From NCBI RefSeq assembly GCF_009914755.1, contig NC_060930.1: a stretch of 64,000 bases of DNA. One strand, 5' to 3'. Numbering within the stretch: position 1 is the stretch's first letter; every line of letters starts with the position of its first letter. Both the position numbers and the translations under genes were made by a program. Of this stretch, positions 1 through 17,400 are shown in pieces. Below the pieces are notes generated by a model. It was given only the letters and a program-made list of their open reading frames with translations, made no database searches and was not told the origin of the DNA. The stretch comes from the human T2T-CHM13v2.0 reference genome, Homo sapiens.

Positions 1-3725
<3,725 letters not shown>

Positions 3726-3758
3726 AAAAACTGCAATTACTTTTGGACCAACCAAATA
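3726..3758. mobile_element. Half of a MADE1 (Hsmar1-derived mariner MITE) terminal inverted repeat
   Basis: aaaaactgcaattacttttggaccaaccaaata matches the MADE1 end (aaaaaccgcaattacttttgcaccaacctaa) + TA target dinucleotide. Confidence 0.8.
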
Positions 3759-4889
3759 GATTGCACTTGCTTCTTGTTAATGTTCTTTGTTGGAAAAATT
3801 GTATTTTAAATCCCAAATTCTGGGAACCACTAGACTCTTCTCTCTGCTGTATCAGCTAACATGTTGCAAGTAGGCCTGAGAGGAGTGGACAGAGTGGGCA
3901 GGCTTGGAAAGCATTATCCAGACCATTGCATCTCCTATGTGGTCAGCATGGAGAGAGATTGCAAAGGCAAGTGTGGTTCTGATATTGCCACAGACATTTC
4001 TGCAAAGTCACTGGCTACAGAAACAAAAAGGTCAGAGAGAGGTGTTTTGGCTCTCATGACACCATGGTGGGGTGTTATCACCTCAATAATATTGCCAGCA
4101 CCATCACAAAGAACACTACCTTCAACATAAGAAAGAAAACCTCCCAGAGGCAGCACATGCTGAGAAAATATGGCTGCAGTCCAGGAGGCTGTTTCCAGAA
4201 ACCACACCCAGCTGAGAGCCCTCATCCCAGCTGGGAAGTCTGGTTATTGTTTGGATCAGCTCATAAAGTCCCTATGGGACTCCTTTGCTCTGTCTGATGG
4301 TAACAATAGAACACAGCTCTGGGAAGTTGGATCTCTTGTGCTGTTACATCCCTTGCTTAATATGTCAATGTATCCTTGTCAGGCATGATGGTGTGAATAT
4401 GAGAGGTTAAGTTCACTGAATTAATCTGTATATGCTCCAGAAGTTTACCTTAATAAAGTAAAGCTTTTCTAGGTCCAGCCGTTACTAGTGTTAAGGCTTG
4501 AAAGAAATTTGGAATCTGTATCCTACAAATACAGTGAAGTACATCTACACTAAACCCCAAGTAAACTAAAATCCAAGCACAGTATTAGTTTTCCAGGAAC
4601 ATAAAAACATGACAGTGTTTATAGTATTAGAAAATCCTACTATTCAGTCATCATTCGTATATGTCAAGAAAAGGGCAAATGCCTACATCACATTGCATAT
4701 TTGTGAAGACAGTTCTTTGGTTTCTAGCTCTGTGCTCTCACTGGGGATCTGTGTCATTTTATTCAAATCTAGCCATGCTGTTTTTATTATTATACCAATG
4801 ATGCATTGCTCAAAGTTGTCTTTAGTGTATGCTTTTATTCCACATTGATGATGCATTGCTTGAAGTTGTTCTTTTAATGTCTTTATTTT

Positions 4890-5140
4890 GAATAACAGCT
4901 ACCATTGACTAAGCTCCTACCTATGTGCCAGCCACCAGTCCAAGGAATTTATATATTTTATCACACTTATTTATTATAACAACTCCTTGAGGCAGGTACA
5001 GTATTCCCATTTTATAGATGAAGAAATGAAATTGAGGTAGTGTAGTTTTCCTAAGGTGAGGGGTCAGGAGCAGAGTTTGGATTCAAACAAAGCAGGTCTT
5101 TCTGACTCCAAGGTCCACTCTCTTTCCACTACACCAGGGC
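4890..5140 (-). mobile_element. MIR SINE
   Basis: core cccattttatagatgaagaaatga and tRNA-derived end …ctgactccaagg…ctctttccactacacc. Confidence 0.8.
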
Positions 5141-5804
5141 TCTGTCCTCTGTCTTTTCCGGTGATTATTCTCTAGGTATGTGCAATTATTGGACTTCTGC
5201 TTGCCACACAGCAGCTCCTGGGTCTTGCTACCTCCCTGCCCCACAAGTCCTGTTCAGTATGGTGCTGGGCCATGGGATCATGCCTCAACTCCTGCTGCCC
5301 AACAGATATTGGTAGAGATTCTAGATTCAAGATCTTAGATATTTAGTTCTGCCAGTTAGTGATAAGTGGGTGCTGCCAAAGCTTACTCTTAAAATTGCTT
5401 AAAGAAACAGCTTTCTCATTTTACAATCATAGAGAAAGTTGATAGAACTTTACTTTGAGAACACCATTGTTGTATAGAAAGTGTCTTGATTTTGGTGCTT
5501 CAGTTTTCTGCCAGCTCATTATTGAGCAGCCTACTCTTAGGGTAGCAGAGTTCGGCTTTCAGATCCATATAATGAAAGGGAAATTTGGATATGTGGTGGA
5601 TTTCACTGAATTGGATTGATGTGGTTTTCTTCTACAGTAGAAAGTGATTTTCCTGAAATGGTCCATGTCTTTGTTGTTAGAGCAGATAATGTAAATAATA
5701 GTCTTGAGGTTTTTTTGATGATGCCTATATTATACTTAAATGGAAGATTTTACAATATGGCTGGAAATATAATCTAAGAGCAGATTTCATATAAATATTT
5801 GAAA

Positions 5805-6430
5805 TTTATTTCAACAAATATTTACCGAATATGTATTATGTGTCAGACCTGCTCTAAACACTGGAGATAAAGCAATGGAAAAAGCTGATAAAAAAGTTCC
5901 TGCATTTAGGGAGCTTATGTCCTGCTGTGGAGAGATAGCCAATAAACAAATAGGTAAAACATATAGTATGTCAGATGGTTTAAGTACTATGGAGAAAAGA
6001 AAAGCAGGACATGACAGTGAAGAGTGGTGGAGTAGGAGGAGTATTGCAATTTTTTTATTGGGAATAAAAAGGGAAGGCCTCATCAAGAGAATGACATTTG
6101 AGCAAAGATGTGCAAGAGCTGAGGGAGTGAGCTGCATGGATACTGGAAGGAAGAGTATTCCAGACAGAGGAAACCAAGGCCCAGGGAGCATGCCTGGCAT
6201 GTTGGGGAATTGAAAAGGTGGCCAGTATCAATCAAGTGAGCCATGAGAAAGCAGTAGGAGGCCAGGCCAGTGAGACAGTGTGTGTGTGGCCATGTGAGCT
6301 GTGGTGTAACTGTGGCTATTGCTCTGTGTTGGGGAAGACCCCAGACTGTTTTAAATAGAAAAAGACTTACATATTAACAGGATCCTCTGGCTGCTGTGTT
6401 GAGAATAGATATTGTTGAAAATAGAGAGTA
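5805..6430 (-). mobile_element. L2 LINE 3' fragment
   Basis: atttattcaacaaatattta…tgtgtcagac…ctggagataaagcaatg…gacatttgagcaaaga typical of the L2 3' end. Confidence 0.8.
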
Positions 6431-6436
6431 GTACCA

Positions 6437-6747
6437 GTATATTAGTTCTCTACACTGTGTAACAAATTATCAGAAACTTAGCAGCTTAAAATAACATCCA
6501 TCTATTATCTCACAGTTTCTGTGGCTCAGGAGTCGAGGCACAGCTTAACTGGGTCCTCTCAAGGCTGCAGTCAAGATGTCAGCCAGGACTGGGTCTCATC
6601 TGGAGGCTCGGTTAGGTAAGGAGCTGCTTTCAGGCTGTCTCAGGTTGTTGGCAAAGTTCATATTCTTGCAGCTGTGCGATTCAAGGTAGCTGTCTTCCTG
6701 AAAGCCAGCAATGGAAAGAGAAAGAGAGAAACACACACGTGCGCATG

Positions 6748-6779
<32 letters not shown>

Positions 6780-6982
6780 GATTTCAGAGCAGGTCTGCTA
6801 GCAATACAGTCTTATATAATATAATGAAATCATGGCCGTAATATCCCATGACCTTGGCCATAATGCATTGGTTAGAAGCAAGCCACAGACCCTATCTGCA
6901 CTCAAGGGGAGGAGATTCCACAAAAGTGTGAATACCAGGAGGTGAGGGGTCACAGAGTTCATCTTGAAGTCTATTGGCCACA
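6437..6982 (-). mobile_element. MLT1-family (MaLR) solo LTR containing a (CA)n tract at ~6731-6779
   Basis: tattagttctc…gtaacaaatta…aacttagcagcttaaaataac…ttatctcacagtttctgtgg…caggag, typical MLT1 LTR. Confidence 0.8.
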
Positions 6983-7933
6983 ATTAAGAAAAACAAATGA
7001 GGAGGCTCTAATATAAAAATTAGACTGAAGGAATAAAATAGAATCCATTATATGATCTTTATGTCCTTGGTGCTGATAATGTATTGAACTGTATAGGACT
7101 AATCTGGATGTCATAAGCCAGAGACTTTCACCAACTTCTCTGAGCATCTTTCGGCCTCTCTCAGTCGTCCTTGCCTTCCCTAGTTCCTCACCATCAGGTC
7201 CGTAATGTCCTTCCCTGAGTGCTAGTGCCCATCAAAGTTCTCCAGTCCATCTTCTCTGAGACAAAACCTGCATTACTCCAATCCCCATTCTGTGGCCAGG
7301 ACTGCTCCCAGCAGCCACATGGGGCTACTGTTGTGTGTTCCTATGAAATAGACAGCAGAGCCCAAGGCTGGGCTCCAGGACTGTTTGCTAAGTCTGACAG
7401 TGGGTCTGCGCTCCTCATGATGACTCTTTCTGTTTGGCCTTGAATTAGAGTTCACCCATCTTCAGAGTCCCCTTCTCCTGATAGTTCCTGAATGCCTGGT
7501 CAGAGTCGTGATCTCAATGCTTTCCTCTTGTTGCTGGCATCTTCCTTGATCTCTTCTGGCAAATTCCTGTTCTGGTTGCCTATACTGTATTCTTGGCCTT
7601 TTCAAGACTAAAGTCATGCCCCCACCACTCTTTACAATCTGGTGTCCTTCCCTACATCCCATTTGGTTATTCCTGCCTGAACCACTGAGGATTGACAATG
7701 TCATGTTTTTCCCAATGCTTGCCACTGTGGCCTTACATCACCTCTCAGACTAGCTCCTCCAGCCAGCCCAGGATTCTTCTTAAGTATTTTTACATTAAGA
7801 GTAAAATTTTTTTCATTGTTGATAAACGGTATGATACCACACAGCCAAGGTTGCCGCATAATGCCCAGGGTCCGGACTCAAAGTTTAATGAGATACTTTC
7901 ACAATCTATAAATGAAATAAAGAGTCCTTTCTT

Positions 7934-8344
<411 letters not shown>

Positions 8345-9499
8345 TTAATCAGTCACTCATTAGCACCACACAAAAGCACTGGGCTCAATACTGTTGGTAG
8401 GGGTGTAAAGTAACCGGAATATATCTGTTCCTGTCTCAATCAGGGCTAGAGTTTTTGCGAAGCCATCTGGCTTAAAAAATATATTTTTGGTAGCCTCTTG
8501 CCTTTCCACATAAAATAAGTGGTGATTTTAGTGTCTCTGGAATTTTTGCAGCATTTCTTTAGTGTTCTCTTTGTTGAGGAAAAATACATGACTCTCCTCA
8601 TTTAGCACTTCTCCTGGTCAGGAAATCTCAGTTAGTCTGCTAACAAGCCTGTCAAGTCAGCTTGCCCTTCTCCTCTTCCATCTGTCTTCTCAAATTCTTC
8701 ACACCTTTAACATTTCTTGGAAATGTTTTTTTATTCACTTAGTCTGCAGACCTAATTGCCTCATACCTCCACACCCAGCCTAGAGTCTCAGCACAGAGAC
8801 TGTTCTATCTCATAAAAGCTTCCCATAGCCTGTAGCTTCTTATCTTCCCTTGTCAAAAAATTCCTCTGACCCCACCCCTTTATATGCTCCGGCCCTCAGT
8901 CTGTTATTCCCCAATCACCAATTAAATGGTTATTTAATATTCTCCATAAACATACAAGGCTCAATAGGATACCCTGTGCCAAAACCACGATGAGGTCTTT
9001 GTCCTGAAGACCTCACATTCTGATGTCACTCTGGCTGTTATCAACACATTAGGACAATAACTGTATGTTGGCTCCATGGAAGAGCACCATCCAAGAGAGC
9101 AGCATTGCTTCCAAATTTTTTTTGAGAGGGCCCATATCAGGCATTTAGCTTGTGCGAGTCAATTCAGGTCCTTCATCAAAGTCTGCACTAAGCAGATCTG
9201 CCCCTGACACACAGTGCAGCTCTCCTTTAAGTCAACAAGAGCCTCTGGTTTTGTGAGTCATCCTTTCCCAGGCATTAAGGCTTAGGTATAGTTTTGATAA
9301 AAGACAGTTGAAGTTGTTACAGCTAGTTCACTTAACCCTTATTTTGGGAGTCTATCAGCCCAGAATTTCCTAATTCTGCCATAAAGACTTCCTAGCTAAG
9401 CATATGGAAGCCCTGCTGGATATATAAGTAGGCATTCAAATAGTACTGAATGACAAAAAATATATATATAGTTGGTTCTTCAAGTAGCTTGAAGGAAGG

Positions 9500-9690
9500 G
9501 GTAAGGGAAAGGATATGGGCTTTGTAGTCAGTCAGACTAACATTTGAATCAAGCTTACTATAAATCGTATTTTCTCTGAATCTGAGTTTTCATTTCTGTA
9601 AATGGGGATAATAATACATCTCACATGGCTCTTGATAGAATTAAATACACAAATACGCCTTGTGGAGTGCCAGGCCCCTAGTGAGCATTT
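9500..9690 (+). mobile_element. MIR SINE
   Basis: gggctttgtagtcag…tctctgaatctgagttttcatttctgtaaatggggataataat core. Confidence 0.75.
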
Positions 9691-11489
9691 CCCCCTGTTG
9701 AAGTGGGTGATGGCATTTTGACAATCAAAGCCCATACACTAGGATGCTTATGCTAGCTCTTTACAGATGAGGACAGCCAAAGTGCTTGCCTCAGTGGCCT
9801 TGCCTCAGGAATGACACAGATTCAGAATTTGTCCTACTGTTTTTGTTTCACTCAGTCTTGGCTAAAGGAAGTGCAATAAAGCAGTAACACTTTAGATTAG
9901 TTTCAGGCATACTCATAAAATATGGAAACCTTCAGGAACCAGAAGATTCTTAAATTTTCTGAGGACTAATACAGAGGCACCAAAGAGATTTTTAAAAAAT
10001 AAAATGTACAACAAAGCTTAGGATCCACCAATAAAGTCAACTCTGACTTATTATTATTCATCTTCTTTATGTGAGAAGAATCTTACAGGTGATGTTCAGG
10101 AGGGCAGGAGACAATTTCAGAGAGAAACACTTCAGGCTTTCTGGGCCACACCAGCCTCTTTAGTTTTTCCCTGTACACCTTCATGTGTTGGGAGGATGAG
10201 AGTCTGTGAGTGTCAGAAAGGAATATATGTGTGTTTGTATGTGTGTATGAGGCTAGGGCTGATGGTGTATTTCTTTTTTAAAAAAGTAAGATTGAGAGTG
10301 GATTAATTATTTACTGCTTTGGATCCTATTCAACACTTTAGCACTTTGTATTTTCTGCACTATTGTGCTTTGTCATGTTATCTTATAATTACATGGCTAG
10401 ACAACTTGATTTATGGCCTATACACAATATCTTTGGTTCACCAAATATTGTACAGCTACATGAGCAACTTGTTGTTGTCGTTGTTTTACCAAGAAGTAAG
10501 CAAATAATCTTAAAAACAACAAACAAAAAGCATCAGAACTGTATTTGGATCTCACTTCAGTATACAAGTATTTTTTAGCAGGTTATTTAAGGGCTAGTAT
10601 CAGCTGGGTGGTCTTTTTATTATATTTTCTTTTCCAAAGTTAATTGGCTATAAATTCACTTTTAAAAATCTTGTTGTATATATAGCCTTAGCATAGGGCA
10701 AAGAAAAATAACCTTCTATAAGATACTATGTCACCATTATTAAGATTCATCAATAGTCAAGCTCTATGCATATCCCAAACTTGAAAGTTATTCTGTCATT
10801 TACAATCATAAGAATGTATAAGATTAGAAATTTGCTATTAAAAAGATAGAGTTTTAATTGATCCCTGTTTTACTGTTAAGCATGTAAATGATCTGTGAAA
10901 TTTAAGATGACTTTGAGCATATAAGACAAATTCCATGAAGTCTGTCACAGCTTCAGAAATTAAATGATCTAACATTTTGGGAGGTTCTAACTGCTTATAT
11001 ATAATTATATTTTTAGTCAATAATAAAATTAAAAAGTAGTCAAAGGTAAAAATAATAACAAAGTATTACTATTTATATTTGGAAGAATGTATGCCATTAG
11101 AATTTATAGTTTTATTTACTTATTGAGGTTACAGGTGATACCTATTTCTGATAGCACTTGTGGATCCAAATAATCACCAAGAGTAGGCCCATTATCAGTA
11201 CATGCTCCCATAGTAGTATTTCTGCCTATGACAATCCTGCAGAATCTAGTACAACCTTGGTTTCTTGGTGTTAGAATGTTGGAAATTGCAGAACTGAGGG
11301 AAAAGCAAATCCACTGGGTGAAGGAACCTATGAGGAATCTCAAAACTAGAACCCTCAGCTTGGAGAGGGGAGGAAAGTGATTTTAAAATAACTAATTAAA
11401 TGTTTTTTAAAGGATTTTAGAAATAAAAATTTAGTGTAAATGTGAAGCCATTTTAACTTCAGCCTTAAAATTCATAATTAAATAAATAA

Positions 11490-11750
11490 AAATAATAGAA
11501 TTATAGAAGGAAGCCACTAGATATTGATCTCTAGTTTCTCCAAATTCATCTCTAGGATCACACCAGGATCAGTGCTGTAGATAGCTTCCCCATTTAATTC
11601 CTCCCGGAGAGCAAGTCATTAAAGCTCTGTCAGTTGCTCCCTGCAAGATTGAACAATTATTACTGTTAGAAAGTTCTTCTTTATATCCAACCTCATTTCT
11701 CATGGTGCATATTGAAAATTATTTCCTCTTCGGTAGTGTTTTTTAGAAAT
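11490..11750 (-). mobile_element. CR1/L3 LINE fragment
   Basis: tactgttagaaagttcttctttatatccaacct resembles the conserved L3/CR1 3' segment. Confidence 0.5.
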
Positions 11751-12637
11751 AAAATCAGCTACATTCCAACCTCCATGGGGTAGGGAGAAAGTATTAAAGA
11801 GAAAACAGTTTAAGTGATGTTGAGAGTATGTTTTTGTAAGTAATGAACTTACTCAAATGTCTTTGCTAGGGTCTTTGATAAGGAATTTAAACCAAAGGAT
11901 ATATCTCAGAACATAGCTGAGTGTCTGACAATCACTTTGTGTGCTTGTTTATAAGCCAGCAACCTCAAAGACTGTGCATTAAGTGATACCTTCACAGAAT
12001 CCATTCAATCAATGGGAATGTGTATATATTTAATACCAATAAGAAAGTAAGAATGTCCAACTGGAAGCACGCAATTGCTCTCATGCTCAACCTCTAATAT
12101 AAAAGGAATATGGGGTAGACATGTGCTCTTAGGGTGGGCTTGAGGGTTCATAAAAGTCCTGAACTGTTCTTTAACTGTGGGAGATACCCCAAATCAAGGA
12201 AAAAAGGAAAACATTTATGTGCAGTGTTGGGTTCTGTGTTCTGAGATGGCCTTGTCTATATGCTAACCTTGTCTGTAGACAAATGCTTCACGTCTGCCAC
12301 TATCTCACTGGCATATTTGGTAGTGGAATTGCACTGTCTGTAAAGTGTTTCAGTTCTTTCAGAAAACATCACATAAATATACAGTAAGGCGTATTTTTTA
12401 TTATATAGAGCAGAAGCCAAAAACCTCTTGCCAAAGTGATCTTCTAAAATTTTACACCTATTTCATGCATTAGAAAAGAAATATGTATCATATGCTTTCA
12501 CTTATTTTATGATTAGCTCATCAAATTTGTGTTCTGTGTATACAGAAAGCCAAAAAGCCTTGTGTCTCTCAGGACCCTTCCTCAGCCCCTAATACCTTGC
12601 TCCTCTTCTGGCATTGCTTTTTAAAAGATCTGGTCTT

Positions 12638-12929
12638 GGCCGGACGTGGTGGCTCATGCCTGTAATCCCAGCACTTTGGGAGGCTGAGGCGGGTGGATCA
12701 CGAGGTCAGGAGATCGAGACCATCCTGGCCAACACGGTGAAACCCCGTCTCTACTAAAAATACAAAAAATTAGCCGGGCATGGTGGCGGGCGCCTTAGTA
12801 CTCCGAAGGCTGAGGCAGGAGAATGGCGTGAACCCTGGAGGCAGAGCTTGCAGTGAGCCGAGATCGCGCCACTACACTTCAGCCTGGGCGAAAGTGCGAG
12901 ACTCCGTCTCAAAAGAAAAAAAAAAAAAA
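12638..12929 (+). mobile_element. AluY-type with a small internal deletion in the right arm
   Basis: gatcacgaggtcaggagatcgagacc, gaatggcgtgaacc; TSD atctggtct at 12628-12636 and 12929-12937. Confidence 0.93.
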
Positions 12930-12972
12930 TCTGGTCTCACAGGCTCTCAGAAGTTAAATTGAATTTAAACTC

Positions 12973-13278
12973 AATAATAATACATTGTATTGATCTTTAA
13001 AGTTTACAAAGTGTTCATAAACACTTTGTGTTTGATCTTTAAAGAAATCATTTAAAGATCAATACACACAATATATTACAAAGTGTTTTCACATAATTTC
13101 ATTTGATTCTCACAACTCCTGATAACTCTATGGAGTTAGCCGTGTTGGGAATAATATTCCTATTTTATAGTTTTGGCAATTGAGACTGAGAGAAGAAAGG
13201 CTTCATGGCTTGCCTCAAATTATGGAGTTAATAACTAATAGAGCTAGGTCTTGAACCCAAGTCTTGAACCCAGGCTGC
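12973..13278 (-). mobile_element. MIR SINE interrupted by a ~72-bp templated insertion (13016-13087)
   Basis: tttacaaagtgttttcacata…atttgattctcacaac…tattttatag…gagactgagaga…cttgaacccagg. Confidence 0.75.
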
Positions 13279-13279
13279 T

Positions 13280-13946
13280 TATGGTAGACAGAACTCTAAA
13301 ACGACCCCTGATGCCCCTCACCTTTATATAATCTCCTCTGCTGGAGTATCTGTGGAACCTCTGAATAAAATGAAATACCATGCCTGTGATTGTGTTATTT
13401 TATATGGCAAAAGGGATTTTGCAGATGTAATTAAGGCCCCAAATCGGTTAACCTTCAAGGGAGATTGCCTGTGTGGGCCTGACGTAATCATATGAGTCCT
13501 TAAAATATGGGTTAAGAGGTCAGAGAGACAGAGGAGGCCAGAGAGATTGAAAGCATAAGAGGGATTTGATGCTAGGGAGATTCTCTGTTGCTGGCTTTGA
13601 AGGTGGAGAGGTCTCCATGGCAAGGAATGTGGGCAGTCTCTAGGTGCTGAGAGCTGACCTGGCTGACATCTAGCCGGGCGAGGGGCCAGGGGACTCTCAG
13701 TCTTATAACTACAAGGAACTGAATTCGACCAATATCCTGAATGAGTTTGGAAGCTGATTCTTCTCCTGGGCCTCCAGATGAGAACTCAGGGTGGCCAACA
13801 GCATGATTTTAGGCTTGTGATACTAAGGAAACCCAGTCACACCATGCCAAACATCAGACCTACAGAACTGTGGCATAATAAATGGGTGTTGTTTTAAGCC
13901 GTTAAATTGGTGACAATTTGTTATGCAGCAATATCAAACTAATAAA
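13280..13946 (+). mobile_element. MLT1 (D/E-like) MaLR solo LTR
   Basis: MLT1 motifs (gggattttgcagatgtaattaagg, acaaggaactgaattc, aataaatgggtgttgttttaagcc…gttatgcagcaat); 5-bp TSD ctgct at 13275-13279 and 13947-13951. Confidence 0.9.
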
Positions 13947-16844
13947 CTGCTATTCATTAATATTTATTGAATAATTATTACATGTAAGACATGAATTTTT
14001 ATTTTTGATCAGTATATTTTGTGCCAATGTCCAGGAGGGTTAGTTAAAAATAAAATAAAAGCAACCCAAGCTTGCTAGAGTAAATTAACAAATATTTCCC
14101 TTTCCTTGTGGAATTTAGAGAATTACCATCCCAGTTCCCCTGAAGGTAAGCATGAATATGTCCCTTATTCTGACCAGGAAAAAGAGGAGAGCTGAGATAT
14201 GTCTATTCCGGGATAATGGCTTACATTTTCCACATTCTCTTTCCCTGTTACAGCCAACTCCAAAACTCTGGAAGAGAAGACAGTGTCACATGGTGGGGTG
14301 CCCTGTCAGCCTGGGTCTGGGGAGCAGAACCTCCTGCCAATCTGCTTTGAGCACACCTACCCTGACTGACACACTTGTCTTGTAGGCACTGTGGCCACAT
14401 GTAATACTGAGATTCATAAACACTGAATGCCACCCCACTGCACATCAGCAATGAAAGCCATGTCTTCTGTTCCTAGGACCTTTTGCTACATACTTTTTGG
14501 ATAAGAAAAAAATAGAGCTTAACTTACCACCATTTTTTTTCTCCAACTAGGTTAGAGGTGAGAAAAGGAATGAAAGAAGTGGGTAAGACTGAGGAGATGA
14601 GAAAAACAAGAAAGAACAGATAGTTCTCTGGCTGAGCTACAATTATTAACTGCCACTAGCTAGACTCTGTGGGGTCCCCAAATATCAGTAACTATAGCCC
14701 CACTTCCCATGAGATGTTGACACCCAACATCAGTCATTAGTATAGTAAGGAGTTGAAATGAGGAAATCGTGAACCTTAAATATGTTAAGATGTTTCCATT
14801 CTCTAGATTTGCTAGAACACATTTTCCTAATCTGAGAAAATGAAACCAAGGCTGTAAACAAACTATTATGTGGGCTTGCTTTTACATGTCATATTTCTCT
14901 GTTTCATTTCTGTAGAAAACTTGGAAAATAGGCATATATGGTAGCCAAGTTAAAGAAACAGTTTTTAAATATATACCAGAACATAGTAACTAACAGATGT
15001 AACACAAATTTTTATTTTCTTTGCAACTATTCTTATAATCCTTCATCAGCTATCTTCTTTCTAAGCTGCAATATTACATAAAATACTTCCTATTAAAAGA
15101 GCCATTAAAGTTTGAGAATTTTAAGTGAGCCAAATTGAATAAGTTGGTTTCCTTAGCCATAAATAAGCATATTTTGAAAATAAACTTTTTTGGGAGGTAA
15201 ATTCCATAAAGCTGCTAACAAGTAGAGGTCAAAGTGAGCATCTGTCAAAAATATTATTTCAAGAAGTTTTGATACAAAGCAGGGAAATGCTACATAATGT
15301 TTAAGCTCTTGGTTTCCAGGCTTATTTCATCATCACTGTTTTTTCCATTTATTGACTAATCAGATGAATCAACTCTAAAGAAGTTTCTTTCATCTATTTG
15401 TGAAGTTTTTCAAGTAGATTTTTCTCAAACTAAATTAGATAGAGGATTTCTTTAGAAATTTAAAATTTCTGGAAATCAAAAGTAAAATGGACTTTTAAAA
15501 TTTATTTTTCTTGTAGTATGAAAAGAAGAAGATATTTTAAAAGTGTGGTTTGATTTTCTTCTTTCCTTTGCAAATCAATTTTTCACATTTTAACTTAATT
15601 CTGAAGGGATTGCAAGTTGAATATCCTTCAAGGGCTTTCTCTCTCTCATATATAACATCAGCATTTTGAACAGAATATAATTTCCATGGTACTATAATAT
15701 AATTATTAGTGAAACAAGTGTAGATGGTGAATTATGAAGATCCCCCTAATTCCAACTGCAGTGAACATTTGGGGTTAGGAATGATCCTCATCGAAACCAG
15801 CATCTTGGCTTGCTTAGGGGGAAGTGCACGTTGGGAGGATAAAGGAAGGCTAGACTACATAAAACTCATACCTGGAACCCCATGAAGTTTCCGTACTTCC
15901 CCCACTGCCATATTCAAGTTCTTCATCAGCTTGTTAATTTCATTCTAACAAGATTTTTTTCTTATATGAGCAAATTTTCTCTTCAGAAAATACATGCAGC
16001 AAGTAATTTCAATCTGGCCATTAAACAAGAGTGCCATTGAAGGCAGAAAGGCGCCAAGTTTTTGAGTGTGAGTTGTTTCCTTTTCTCCGCAAAAGAAACA
16101 TACATTTAGTATTTTTTCATTTAAAGACATGCCCGCCCACAAACATCTGAGAAACATCTGTAGACAAAATGCCAAAATGCATAGTCGAATTTTGACTCAC
16201 ACCTCACCACCCACCAAGACCCCTGTCAACTCACAATAAACACCTTTCTGGCATCTGCCCCAGAGAAAGAAACGCCACATTACCCAAAGGTCAGAGCAAA
16301 CAGATGTCACTTATTGCAGACCCTAATCATATCCATATCCAACCTTAGGAGGCCTGCAGTGGAGCTGACTTCTGGACTACGGGTTCCTCCAGTTGGAGAT
16401 GCTTATCACTGTGTCCTCCCTCCTGATTTGAGCAAGGGGGGCCTTAGGAGGGCTTATCTCTAGAGACTGTCCCTGCATCCTGCTGACAGAGCCCATGATT
16501 GAGCACTAGGGTTAAGGAAGCAGAAGGGAATTCTTCGTGGTTGGCCTGCACTTAGCAGTCGCTCTGTTTCTCACCCTGACAGGCTTGCAATATTCTTGCA
16601 AATATACTCCCTCATCAACCTCCCTGTCTCTGTTCTTATTGCATTTTGCACACATCTCTGTGCCTCCTTTTATAGCCTTCATCATGTTCAATAACATTAG
16701 TTTACCTATTTCACCCCTACAAGACAGCATTTCAGCTAGAGGAAAGAAACAAAAGGAAAGGAAGGAAACAGAGAAGCGGGGATATGGTATTTATAGAAGA
16801 ACTTTAATAGACAACATTGGCAGTGCAATTTAGTGGGGTTTTTT

Positions 16845-17400
16845 TAATGGATAAAGAAAATGTAATATGTACACACACAATGGAATATTATTCAGCCAAA
16901 AAAAATGAAGGAAATTCTGCCATTAGGGACAGCATGGATATACCTGGAGAATATTTTGCTAAGTGAAATAAGCAAGATACAGAAAGAAAATATTGTGTGA
17001 TCTCACATGTGGGATCTAAAAAAGTTGAACTCATAGAAGCAGAAAGTAGAATGGTGGTTGCCAAGGGTTGGAGAGAGAAGTTGGTCAAAGGGTTCCAACT
17101 TCCAGTTATAAGTTGAATAAATTCTGAGGATCTAATGTATAGCATGGTGACTGTAGTTAATAATACTATATTTTATACTTGAAACTTGCTAAGAGAATAG
17201 ATCTTAAGTGTTCACACCAGACACACACACACACATGCACACACACATGAAAAAGATAATGTGAGATGATGGATGTGTTAATTAACTTGATTATGGTAAT
17301 CATTTCACAATGTATGCCTCTATCAAATTATCATATTGTATACCTTAAATATATACAATTTTTAGTTGTTAATCATATCTCAATAAAGCTAGAGAAAAAC
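16845..17400 (+). mobile_element. L1M (L1MA-type) 3' end
   Basis: aatggataaagaaaatg…caatggaatattattcagcc…gctaagtgaaataagc…ctcaataaagct. Confidence 0.85.

Noticed and set aside
10300-11345. Minus-strand ORF fragments (…MGACTDNGPTLG…, …DFMEFVLYAQ…) faintly recalling a hAT CTDG motif or a viral nucleoprotein
   Set aside because: Only 3-4-residue resemblances with no colinear motif series; cannot be supported without a profile search.
15872-15944. Possible minus-strand exon (NEINKLMKNLNMAVGEVRKLHGVP) with CAG|gtatga donor
   Set aside because: The acceptor lacks a polypyrimidine tract and the peptide is not recognisable.
16125-16134. p53 half-site agacatgccc
   Set aside because: No second half-site adjacent.
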